Of a DNA stretch of 64,000 nucleotides, positions 53,537-64,000 are shown in pieces. A program made the position numbers and the translations under genes. The DNA is from Octopus sinensis (Eukaryota). The stretch is taken from contig NC_043023.1 in NCBI RefSeq assembly GCF_006345805.1, forward strand, positions 11,594,001 to 11,658,000, in the 5' to 3' direction. Position 1 is the first letter of the stretch. Every line of letters starts with the position of its first letter. A model generated the notes under the pieces. That model was not told the DNA's origin. It ran no database searches and saw nothing but the letters and a program-made list of their open reading frames with translations.

Positions 53537-54939
53537 TCCCTATAGTTTCCTGTTTGCTATATTTGTTTAATATTCATGTGTTTTATGCAATGGAAATGAT
53601 GATTAAAATATTTCCCAAAATTTCAGTTGTTTGTTTTGTTTTTGCAATATTCACCTCCCACTCCATCCTTGACCACTCGTGCAGTTTCCTTTCCATGGTG
53701 TAAGGACCTCTTATACCAAATCTCCTCCTCCTGACACCCCCACACATTATTCTTTCTTGTATATTGCATCCTGTAATTACAGTATATTTATTGTTTATTG
53801 TATTTTAAATGCTTCACTCATTAAATACGTTATACAATGACATAAGTTGTTAATTATTTTATACTCAGGAATATTGTAAAGTTGTCAATATCTACATAAA
53901 CAATGACCCCTCTTCCCACCGGATACAAAAGAGAAGAGACCACAAAGTAAGAACATGAGGCATGTTTAGTGCCCCATGCCAGACTGATTCCTTGTTATCT
54001 TTTTAATAATGGTTTCTTTAAATTAAACTTTACAGAGTTGAGTTTTCAAATGTACCAGATTGAGATTATTTTCATAAAACTGAGAATAAACATTTTGGAG
54101 GAGATTCTTATTCTCAACCCCACCATGATTTTTGTCAACCTTTCGAACATGGAGAAACCTACCACATTTTTTTCTCTTTCTCATCATCTCCATCTTTCTC
54201 TCTCTTTCTCTGTCTCTTTCACAAACACTCTCTCACTCTTACTCTCAATAGAATGTAATTCGAGGCTGATATCTTATCGAAGTGGGCATCAGTTTTGCTC
54301 TATTATCGATTGATGATTTTGGATGTTATTTGCATCCTTACGTACCAATGTTCTTGGTTTGTTTTACCATTTTAGTACTTTTCACTTCCGAAAGTACACT
54401 TGTCTCAACAGAGACTTCATTCGTGTCATTATCATCGTTTAACGTCCACTTTCCATGCTAGCATGGGTTGGACGATTTTGACTGAGGGCTGGTGAACCAG
54501 ATGGCTGCACCAGGCTCCAATCTTGATCTGGCACAGTTTCTACAGCTGGATGCCCTTCCTAATGCCAACCACTCTGAGAGTGTAGTGGGTGCTTTCTACG
54601 TGCCACCGGCATGGGGGCCAGTCAGGCGGTACTGGCAACAACCTCGCTCGAATCCTTTTACACATGCCACCAGCAGAGGTGCCAGTAAGGCGATGCTGGT
54701 AACGATCACACTCGAATGGTGCCCTTTTATGTGCCACCGGCATTGCAGCCAATTGGCTGCTCTGGCAATGATCACACTTGGATGGTGCTCTTTGCACCCT
54801 ACTAGCACGGGGCACAAGTGCCAGTAAGGCGATGCTGGTAATGAACACGCTCGAATGGTGCCCTTTCATAGGATAAATAATTATATAAATATATATATAT
54901 AGAATAATAATTTTTAATGATAGTGCATTAAAAATTTGG

Positions 54940-55450
54940 TGTTGGGGAAGACTTTTACGGATTCCATGGACAGCGAGGCTCACCAATAGAGAACTTCTTA
55001 AGCAGATCAAGCCGAAACTGTCGCTAGAAGATGGGATCACCAAGCATAGATTGGCATATTTTGGTCATATTATGTGGAGAAAATCCCTGGAGAAGGACAT
55101 CATGTTTGGAATGGTCAGTGGCAAGAGAGGAAGAGGCCGACCAAGAACCCGCTGGCTTGACACCATCAAGAGTGATACCGGAATGGACATAGCCAATCTG
55201 AAAGAAGCGGCCTAGGATAGAACTGACTGGAGGACACTGATCCATCAAGTAACCGAGAGTCTACTTTGACTGAGCGGATAGATAGATATTATATTTATGG
55301 AATGGTCAGTGGCAAGAGAGGAAGAGGCCGACCAAGAACCTGCTGGCTTGACACCATCAAAAGTGATACCGGAATGGACATAGCCAATCTGAAAGAAGCA
55401 GCCCAGGATAGAACTGACTGGAGGACACTGATCCAACGTGTGACCAAGAG
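54940..55450 (+). mobile_element. BovB-like RTE 3' end with duplicated terminus
   Basis: RIPWTARLTN...RLAYFGHIM..KSLEKDIMFGMVSGKRGRGRPRTRWLDTI. Confidence 0.8.
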
Positions 55451-55589
55451 TCAATCAGACTGGGCCTGGTGCAGCTTTCTGGTTTCCCAGACCCCAGTTG
55501 AACAGTCCAACCCATGCTAGCATGGAAAGCGGACGCTAAACGAAAATGATGATGAATTTCAGAAAAATTTGAGAGGTTTCTATAAATTT

Positions 55590-55740
55590 GATGTTGATAT
55601 TTTTGTCTACTTAAGTGGTAGACCTTTTTGCAAGAATGATTTACCACAGGTGTCATAACTATATGGCCTCTCTCCTGTACGAACAGGTTTGTGAATAGGC
55701 AACTATTTCTAAAGTATGATTTACCAGAGATATTACGTAG
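55590..55740 (-). pseudogene. Fragment of the last two fingers of a family-A ZNF
   Basis: Homologous to 56505-56640; flanked by RTE-derived inserts. Confidence 0.7.
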
Positions 55741-56484
55741 CCAGCACTGCATCGACCAGCCTCCGTGCCAGCGGCATGTAACGAACACCACCCAATTGTG
55801 GCTGTTGCCAGCCTCACCTGGCCTCCATGCCGGTGACAGGTAAAAAACACCATCCGAGCGTGGCCGTTCACCAGTCTTGTTTGGTCTGGCACTTGTGTCG
55901 GTGGCATGTAAAAAGCACCCACTACACTCACGGAGTGGTTGGCATTAGGAAGGGCACCCAGCTGTAGAAACATTTCCAGATTAGATTGGAGCCTGGTGCA
56001 GCCTCCTGGCCTCCAAGACCCCAGTTGAACCATCCAACCCATGCTAGCATGGAAAGTGGACGTTAAACGATGATGATGATGATGATATATGTCAGTATAC
56101 GCTGTGGGTACATAGGTGGGCTATCCACAGCTCTACATTGATGTTTTACTATTTAAACGAGGTAGGAGCATGAAGGTCAAAGGATGATGATGATGACGAA
56201 AACACAACAAAGACAAAATCAATGTCACTCAAAACTTTTATTCCTTATTTCCATTCCTTTATTCTCTCCTAACAAGTTCTTCAAAAACTCCAGCACAATT
56301 CTCTTCAAACATCAAAGTTCACACTGTGTTGATATATTTAGATATATCCATGATACTGAAGTTGATATTCATGAAATTGAAGTTGAATACATCAAGCTTG
56401 AAGAGGAATAAACCTTGTCTTGTAGAAGACAAAAAACTCATAATTGTTGATATGTTGTAATAAATTTTTATATTGATATTTTTA

Positions 56485-56598
<114 letters not shown>

Positions 56599-56901
56599 TC
56601 AACTATTTCTAAAGTATGATTTACCAGAGATATCACAATGATATGGTTTCGCGCCTATATGTGTACGTTTCTGTTTAGTCATGACACAACTCTGAGAGAA
56701 ATATTTGCCACAAATATCACAATGATATGGCTTCTCTGCTATATGTGTAAATTTGTGGTTTTTCAACGTACCCCTTTGCGAAAATGATTTACCACAGATA
56801 TTACAATGATATGGCCTCTATCCTGTATGTGTACGTTTGTGGTCAGTTACGTAACTACTATGAGAGAATGATTTACCACAGATATCACACTGATATGGCT
56901 T

Positions 56902-57957
56902 CTATCCTGTATGTGTACGTTTGTGTTCAGACAAGACAACACTTCTACAAAGCGATTTACCACAAATATCACAATGATATGGCTTCTCTGCTATGAGTGT
57001 AAGTCTGTGTGTTATCAACGTACCCCTGTCAGAGATTGATTTACCACAGATATCACAATGGTATGGCTTCTCTCCTGTATGTGTACGTTTGTGGTCAGTT
57101 ACGTAACTACTATGAGAGAATGATTTACCACAGATATCACAATGATATGGCTTCTCTCCCGTATGTGTACGTTTGTGGTCAGTTAAGTTACTAGTTTGAG
57201 AGAATGATTTACCACAGATATCACAATGATAGGGCTTCTCCCCTGTATGAATACGGTTGTGTCTAGTCAAATAACCACTCTGAGAGAATGATTTACCACA
57301 GATATCACAATGATACGATTTCTCTCCAGTATGAATACGTGTGTGAATAGTCAACTGATTATTATAGGAGTATGATTTACCACAGATATCACAATGGTAT
57401 GGCCTTTCTCCTGTATGTGTACGTTTGTGGTCAATTACGTAACCACTATGAGAGAATGATTTGCCACACATATTGCAATGATATGGCTTCTCTCCTGTAT
57501 GAATGCGTTTGTGTGCATGTAAGTCATTATTTTGAGAGAATGATTTACCACAGATATCACAATGGTATGGCTTGTCTCCTGTATGTGTAAGTTTGTGTTT
57601 AGTCAAGGTACCAGTTTGAGAGAATGATTTCCCACAGATATCACAACGATAGGGCTTCTCTCCCGTACGTTTATGCTTGTGTCTAGTCAAATGACTACTG
57701 TGAGAGAATGATTTACCACAGATATCGCAACGATATGGCTTCTCTCCTGTATGAATACGTTTGTGGTCAGTTAAGTGACTACTACGAGAGAATGATTTAC
57801 CACAAATATCACAATGATATGGCTTTTCTCCTGTATGTGTATGTTTGTGCATAGTTGAGACACCACTCTGACAGGTATTAGAGTGATATGGCCTCTCTCC
57901 TGCATCAGTGGTTTTTGGTTGATTTAAAGGATTCATCATGAGAGGATAATTTGTCAT
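56902..57957 (-). CDS. C2H2 zinc-finger protein ZNF-8 (family A), ~11 fingers; 5 more decayed fingers follow the TAG, to 56482
   Basis: ORF 56902-57966, first ATG 57957; acceptor at 58378-58380. Confidence 0.85.
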   Translation of the reverse strand: MTNYPLMMNPLNQPKTTDAGERPYHSNTCQSGVSTMHKHTHTGEKPYHCDICGKSFSRSSHLTDHKRIHTGEKPYRCDICGKSFSHSSHLTRHKHKRTGEKPYRCDICGKSFSQTGTLTKHKLTHTGDKPYHCDICGKSFSQNNDLHAHKRIHTGEKPYHCNMCGKSFSHSGYVIDHKRTHTGERPYHCDICGKSYSYNNQLTIHTRIHTGEKSYHCDICGKSFSQSGYLTRHNRIHTGEKPYHCDICGKSFSQTSNLTDHKRTHTGEKPYHCDICGKSFSHSSYVTDHKRTHTGEKPYHCDICGKSISDRGTLITHRLTLIAEKPYHCDICGKSLCRSVVLSEHKRTHTG

Positions 57958-58924
57958 ACATATCACAATGATAGAGTTTATTTCATTTCTATGAGAATGT
58001 TTGTGTTCAGTTGTGTCACTATTTTTAGGGAATAATTTAATGCCTTTTCTTTCAGCTGAGATCTTGCTTAATATCTAAATCAGGAGGTGACAATTGTCTA
58101 CGCCTTTGTAAAGTCATCCAAGCTTAATTAACCTGTAAAGCAATCATCTCCTCTATATTCCAGACAGCAAAGACTTCAAATTGTTGCTGTTAATTCCATC
58201 GTCCAGAAGAAATATTTCGCAATATTTTGTCATAGACTTTCTTTATATAAAAACGTAGATGTATTGATGAATGCTCCTTATAAATATATCGTCTTCCTTT
58301 AGTCAATAAAAGTTGATAAACTATCAAAGGCACATCTGAATGAAGTAATTTCTTTTATGTCAACAGGATGTGATATTCTGAAATAGAAAAAAAGAGTCAG
58401 TGAGATAAAGAGGATAGTTAAATGACACAGCAATTCAACATTGCAAATATTCTTTTCTACTCTAGGCACAAGGCCCAAAATTTATGGGGAGGGGCCAGGC
58501 AATTAGATCGACTCTAGTATGCAACTGGTACTCAATTTATCAACCTTTAAAGGATGAAACACAAATTCGACCATGATGAAAACACAACAAAGACCAAATC
58601 AATGTCACTTCAAACTTTTATTCATTATTCTCATTCCTTTATTCTCTCCAAACAAATTCCTCAAAAACTCCAGCACAATCCTCTTCAAACATCAAAGTTC
58701 TCACTGTGTTGATATATTTAGATATATCCATGATACTGAAGTTGATATTCATGAAATTGAAGTTGAATACATCAAGCTTGAAGAGGAATAAACCTTGTCT
58801 GGTAGAAGACGAAAAACTCATAATTGTTGATATGTTGTAATAAATTTTGATATTGATATTTTTACACTTGTGTATGAATACTCAAATGTATACTTAAGCG
58901 ACCTTTTTGAGGGAATAATTTACC

Positions 58925-59599
58925 TCAGATATCACAATGATAGGGTTTCTCTCCCGTATGTGTACGGTTGTGTTTAATCAAGTTGCTACTATTAGAGAAT
59001 GATCTACCGCAGATATCACAATGGTATGGCTTCTCTCCTGTATGTGTACGTACGTGCTTAATTAAGTTGCTACTATGAGAGAATGATCTACCACAGATAT
59101 CACAATGATATGGTTTCTCTCCAGTATGTGTACGTTTGTGTTTAGTCAAGGCATCATGTCGAGTCAATGATTTACCACAGATATCACAATGGTATGGCTT
59201 CTCTCCTGTATGTGTGCGTATGTGTTTAATTAAGTCACTACTGTGAGTGAATGATTTACCACAGATATCACAATGACAGGGCTTTTCTCCTGTATGTGTA
59301 CGGATGTGTGCAGTCAAATGACCACTCTGAGAGAATGATTTACCACAGATATCACAACGATATGGCTTTTCTCCTGTATGTGTACGTATGTGTTTAATTA
59401 AGTCACTACTCTGAGTGAATGATTTACCACAGATATCACAACGATATGGCTTTTCTCCTGTATGTTTATGTTCATGTATAGTCGAGACACCACTATCAGA
59501 GAATGATACACTGCAGGTATTAGAGTGATATGGTTTCTCACCTGTATCAGGGTTATTTGCTTCAGTTAAAGGATTCATCATGAGAGGATAATTTGTCAT
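58925..59599 (-). CDS. C2H2 zinc-finger protein ZNF-9 (family A), 6 intact fingers; TGA in the seventh
   Basis: ORF 58925-59608, first ATG 59599; acceptor at 60020-60022. Confidence 0.85.
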   Translation of the reverse strand: MTNYPLMMNPLTEANNPDTGEKPYHSNTCSVSFSDSGVSTIHEHKHTGEKPYRCDICGKSFTQSSDLIKHIRTHTGEKPYRCDICGKSFSQSGHLTAHIRTHTGEKPCHCDICGKSFTHSSDLIKHIRTHTGEKPYHCDICGKSLTRHDALTKHKRTHTGEKPYHCDICGRSFSHSSNLIKHVRTHTGEKPYHCDICGRSFSNSSNLIKHNRTHTGEKPYHCDI

Positions 59600-60687
59600 A
59601 AATATCACAATGATAGTGTTTATTTCATTTCTATGAAAATGTTTGTGTTCAGTTTTGTCACTATTTTTAGGGAATAATTTAATGCCGTTTCTTTCAGCTG
59701 AGATCTTGCTTAATATCTAAATCAGGAGGTGACAATTGTCTACGCCTTTGTAAAGTTATCCAAGCTTAATTAACCTGTAAAGCAATCATCTCCTCTATAT
59801 TCCAGACAGCAAAGACTTCAAATTGTTGCTGTTAATTCCATCGTCCAGAAGAAATATTTTGCTGTTGTTTTTCACAGATTTCCTTTATAAGATGAGTTTG
59901 ATGTATTGATGAATGCTCCTTATAAATATATCGTCTTCCTTTGGTTGATGGAAGCTGATAAAATATCAGAGGCACACCTGAATGAAGTAATTTCTTTTAT
60001 GTCAACAGGATGTGATATTCTGAAACAGAAAAAAAAGAGTCAGTGAGATAAAGAGGATAGTTAAATGACATAGCAATTCAACATTGCAAATATTCTTTTC
60101 TACTCTAGGCACAAGGCCCATAATTTGGTGGCAGAGAGCCAGTTGATTAGATCAACCTTAGTACGCAACTGGTACATAATTTATTGCCCTGGAAAGTTGA
60201 CCTTGGCGGAATTTGAACTCAGAATGTAACGGCAGACGAAATACCTATTTCTTTACTGCCCACAAGGGGCTAAACACAGAGGGGCCAAACAAGGACAGAC
60301 AAACAGATTATATTGACCCCAGTGTGTAACTGGTACTTAATTTATCGACCCCGAAAGGATGAAAGGCAAAGTTGACCTCGGCAGAATTTGAACTAAAAAC
60401 TGTAGTGACAGACGAAATACCGCTAAGTATTTCGCCGGGCATACTAATGTACGACATCAACCCCTTAAACACTCTTAGTCATTTAACGTCAATATTTGCA
60501 GGGGTCAGAATTCATTGAGGCATTGAGCCTTTTGCTGCCTCAACTGGATCTTGTGCCGGTGGCATGTAAAAAGCACGATTCAAACTTGGTTGATGTCAGT
60601 GGCATGTAAAGAATACCCACTACACTCTCAGAGTGGTTGGCGTTAGGAAGTGCATCCAGCTCTAGAAATATTACAAGATCAATTTGG

Positions 60688-61088
60688 GGATCTTTTCCAT
60701 TTGAACGGCAGTTTTTTAAAATAATTTCCACATAACTAAACACTTTTAAACTTCGTATACTGGTAGAATGTGTTTATAAAACATCTTTTTCTCTTGGCTT
60801 TATTGAGAAAATTCTATAGTTTGTAAGATATTTGTTGTTTTTTTTCTTCAATTTCAATCAATCAATGACGTCTATTGAGGTGAAAATATTCTGTGCCGTA
60901 TGAATATGTCCCTCGTTTAAGAAACAGATTGGGTTTATTTACATTTGTCAAGAAAACAAGATTCCCTTCCCCTCACCCTAACCCGAAAATAGATTGAAAT
61001 GCAATAGATCAATACTAGGGTCATAATTATGGGTGACAATTTCATATGACACCGCTAGAAAAAACTGCCGTTCAAACCGAAATGATCC
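60688..61088 (+). mobile_element. GGATC-TIR MITE, full length, inserted in an RTE-derived element
   Basis: Perfect 8-bp TSD CAATTTGG at 60680-60687 and 61089-61096. Confidence 0.93.
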
Positions 61089-61599
61089 CAATTTGGTGCC
61101 TGGTGCAGCCTCCTTGGCTTGCCAGGCCTCAGTCAAACCGTCCAACCCATGCCAGCAATGAAAACAGACGTTAAACAACTCCGAAAGGATGAAAGTGGAT
61201 CTCATCGGAATGATTTCTTAATTACCCCCCCCCCCCCGGGGGGGGGCTAACATAGAAGGGACATGTGCTTCCGACGCCTTGTGCTTCTAGTAGAAAGGAT
61301 TATCATCGTCATTATTTTATTCACTTGGCGGCAAGCTCAAATAAGACCGCAGCCGAATTCGCCTTTTATCCTTTTCGAGAAAAACTCAGGTCCCGCCTGA
61401 ATGAAACATTGCTGGCCCTGGGTCATAATTTCATATGACACCGCTAGAAAAAACTGCCGTTCAAACCGAAAAGATCCGTTGGATTCGTTCCGGTCTTTTT
61501 CTTCGTCGCATTCAGTCAACAACTTCACTTTCAAATTTCCACCAGATTATTATAACAAAGTCTACTCACATATTCTATCCTACGACTGTTTCCAGTTCA

Positions 61600-61700
61600 T
61601 GACTTCACCGCAAATACCTTAAGAAATAATCCGTCTTGTGGGCGTGGCATCGGGACGTGACGTCATGCCATCGCTCTTCCGGTTCCCTCCCCCACAGTAT
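61600..61700. promoter_or_regulatory. CpG-rich promoter-like segment
   Basis: GGGCGTGGC (Sp/KLF-like), GTGACGTCA (CRE) and CTTCCGG (ETS-like) within 70 bp; minus-strand donor candidate AAG|GTATTT at 61617. Confidence 0.45.
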
Positions 61701-61829
61701 TTCCTCTCTGTTCCAATTATTGTCCCTCCTCTCCTCTTGATACCGATCTAAATAAAACTGCTTCTTTATTCCGCTCATAATCACCCATTTCGTTGGGTGT
61801 GATGTTCATTCACGTTGCTAGAGTGGATG

Positions 61830-62308
61830 GAGATTTTCTGTTTGAACGGCAGTTTTTTAAAATAAATTCCACGTAGGTGCAGGAGTGGCTGTGTGGTAAG
61901 TAGCTTGTTTACCAACGACCTGGTTCCGGGTTCAGTCCCACTGCGTGGCACCTTGGGAAAGTGTCTTCTACTATAGCCTTGAACCGACCAAAGCCTTGTG
62001 AGTGGATTTGGAAGAAGGAAACTGAAAGAAGCCCGTTATATATGTGTATATATACGTGTGTGTGTTTGTCCCCCTAGCATTGCTTGGCAATCGATGCTGG
62101 TGTGTTTACGTTCCCGTTACTTAGCGGTTCGGCATAAGTGACCAATAGAATAAGTACTGGGCTTACAAAAGAATAAGTTCTGGGGTCAATTTGCTCGACT
62201 AAAGGCGGTGCTCCAGCATGGCCGCAGTCAAATGACTGGAACAAGTATGAGAGTAAAGAGTAACTAAACACTTAATTAAAAAAACTGCCGTTCAAACCGA
62301 AAAGATCC
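61830..62308 (+). mobile_element. Internally deleted GGATC MITE with a nested family-2 SINE (61878-62262)
   Basis: MITE ttccacgta|actaaacac is split by the SINE; right TIR ends at 62308. Confidence 0.8.
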
Positions 62309-62399
62309 GTACCTAGTAGAGTTTTATAGCAGAATATATGAGTACATTTTATTAAAATAATCTGATGAAAATTGGGATTAAGAAAAAACCGGAACGAAA

Positions 62400-62553
62400 C
62401 CAACCAGTCAGTAGAGCCATCTATTGGAGAATTAAAGAAATACAACTTTACAAAGGGAAATAACTTCAACTCCACTTTGCTGCCACCAATTAAATTATTA
62501 ATTAAGGTGCTTAATTACTGATCATTGATTCGCTGTTTAAGTCTGAATACGGT
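62400..62553 (+). other. Putative promoter/non-coding exon 1 of a family-A ZNF gene running off the right edge
   Basis: Inverted homologue of 270-800 and 7950-8500; donor GAATACG|GTAAGT at 62552. Confidence 0.55.
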
Positions 62554-63029
62554 AAGTTGATAAAGATTTACTTTAAGGCTGTAACGGTGATAATAATGCT
62601 AACAATGATAATGTAAAGAATAGAATTATGTAACCCTCTCGATATTACAGTAATTATTTTTCGAAGCGGGAACCTGACAACAATTAAGAAAATATAATTT
62701 GCTCGTCTTAATTAATAACTTCCAAACTGAAATGTTGATCTGTTGTTTAGGAAAACCTACAATCGACTTTTATATGTGATATAAAGGAAATTAATTGGTA
62801 AAATGAAAGTAATGTGTCATTATTGATTAGTAAAAGGTGAGGGGAACGGTTGAAGACTACCACATTAATTAATTCTGTTGTGTCATTCTCTTTTAGTGCC
62901 TTATTATTTAACACACTCACCGATAGAATTTCCACTTATTTCTTATTTTTGTTTCCCTAAAATTTTCGTTTCGTCTTGCAACCTTTTCAGTAGTTTTGAC
63001 TCTGTCCGTTATTTACACTGTGTTCCCTT

Positions 63030-63720
63030 TTGTTTGTTTGTGCGGTCGATAAATTAAGTACCAGTTACGAACTGGGTCGATGTAATCGACTTAATCCGTT
63101 TGTCTGCCCTTGTTTGTCCCCTCTGTCTTTAAGCCTCTTGTGGGTAATAACAAAACAGGTATTTCGTCTGCCGCCACGTTCTGAGTTCAGATTCCGCCAA
63201 GGTCGACTTTGCCTTTCATCCTTTCGGGGTCGATAAATTAAGTACCAGTTACGAACTGGGTCGATGTAATTGACTTAATACCTATGTCTTTCCTTGTTTG
63301 TCCCCTCTGTGTTTAGCCCCTTGTGGGTAATAAAGAAACATAAAAATTTCAAATTTTGGCCCAGGGCCAGCAACCTTTCATGTGAGCGAGAAGTGGAATA
63401 TATGGACCCCAAGGCGACGAGCTGGCAGAAATGTTAGCACGCCGGGCGAAATGCCTAGCGGTATTTCGTCTGCTGCTACGTTCTGAGTTCAAATTCCGCC
63501 GAGGTCGACTTTACCTTTCATCCTTTCGGGGTCGATAAATTAAGTACCAGTTACGCACTGGGGTCGATGTAATCGACTTAATACGTTTGTCTGTCCTTGT
63601 TTGTCCCCTCTGTGTTTAGCCCCTTCTGGGCAATAAAGAATTAAGAATATATGGACCCCAGTATTTCCAGAAAGGAATGAAAGGCAAAATCGACCTCTGC
63701 CGTATTTGAACTCAGAACTT
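63030..63720 (+). mobile_element. Cluster of family-1 SINE copies
   Basis: Full head at ~63412 and repeated bodies. Confidence 0.85.
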
Positions 63721-64000
63721 TCCGCTGAAGTCGAGATTTGACTTAAATTCTTTTCAGACTGTATAAATAATAACGACGATGATGATGATGATAAGCATTT
63801 TTACTTAAGGCCTGTAATTTGGTTGGGAGGTGTAATTCTATTGTATTAAGACCCCTGCTTCTTATTTTATTGAACTCGAAAGTCTGAAAGGCAAATTGAA
63901 CCTCGGTGGAATTTGAACTTTTAGAGTAAAGTCTGATGAGAGTTACATGTGATATGAAGTAAATAAATAAAAGATTCGGCAGATTAACGTTAATTCAAAA

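Larger units (their letters stand above)
47670..54150 (+). repeat. Segmental duplication unit paralogous to ~38150-46110
   Basis: Colinear promoter, minisatellite, mariner relic, ZNF exon and 3' flank; differs by the foldback (here) and RTE (other copy) insertions. Confidence 0.9.

Noticed and set aside
61225-61246. C13G9 self-complementary run
   Set aside because: Lies in a degraded SINE body; homopolymer slippage or sequencing noise is sufficient explanation
63983-63998. 15-bp match attaacgttaattca to ~20924
   Set aside because: Short AT-rich palindrome at the window edge; homology cannot be established

Overview
AT-rich eukaryotic DNA, most likely an octopus (cephalopod) genome. This is an inference from the tRNA-SINE families, RTE LINEs, (TA)n tracts and the dense C2H2 cluster; there is no prokaryotic signal. 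The window is a tandem cluster of nine C2H2 zinc-finger (ZNF) loci plus one fragment. All have a single coding exon and no visible KRAB or other effector domain. They fall into two paralogue groups: family A (minus strand, ~4-7, ~11.5, ~56.5-58 and ~59 kb) and family B (plus strand, ~29, ~35, ~41 and ~52-53.5 kb), plus a plus-strand gene at ~24 kb. First-exon cassettes at both window edges predict two more genes outside. Intergenic and intronic DNA is packed with mobile elements: a CR1/L2/Jockey-group LINE, a young RTE LINE, a Merlin transposase relic, many copies of a GG-terminal MITE with 8-bp TSDs, a 1.9-kb foldback element, hAT, mariner and Helitron relics, and SINEs. Highlights: (1) tandem ZNF terminal exons with no promoter between them, possibly an alternative-last-exon cassette system; (2) one cis-motif shared by nearly all predicted promoters; (3) minisatellite-like turnover of finger arrays; (4) long TE-derived hairpins inside ZNF transcription units, which are candidate ADAR substrates. 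Coordinates were read by eye and TE boundaries are approximate unless a TSD is given.
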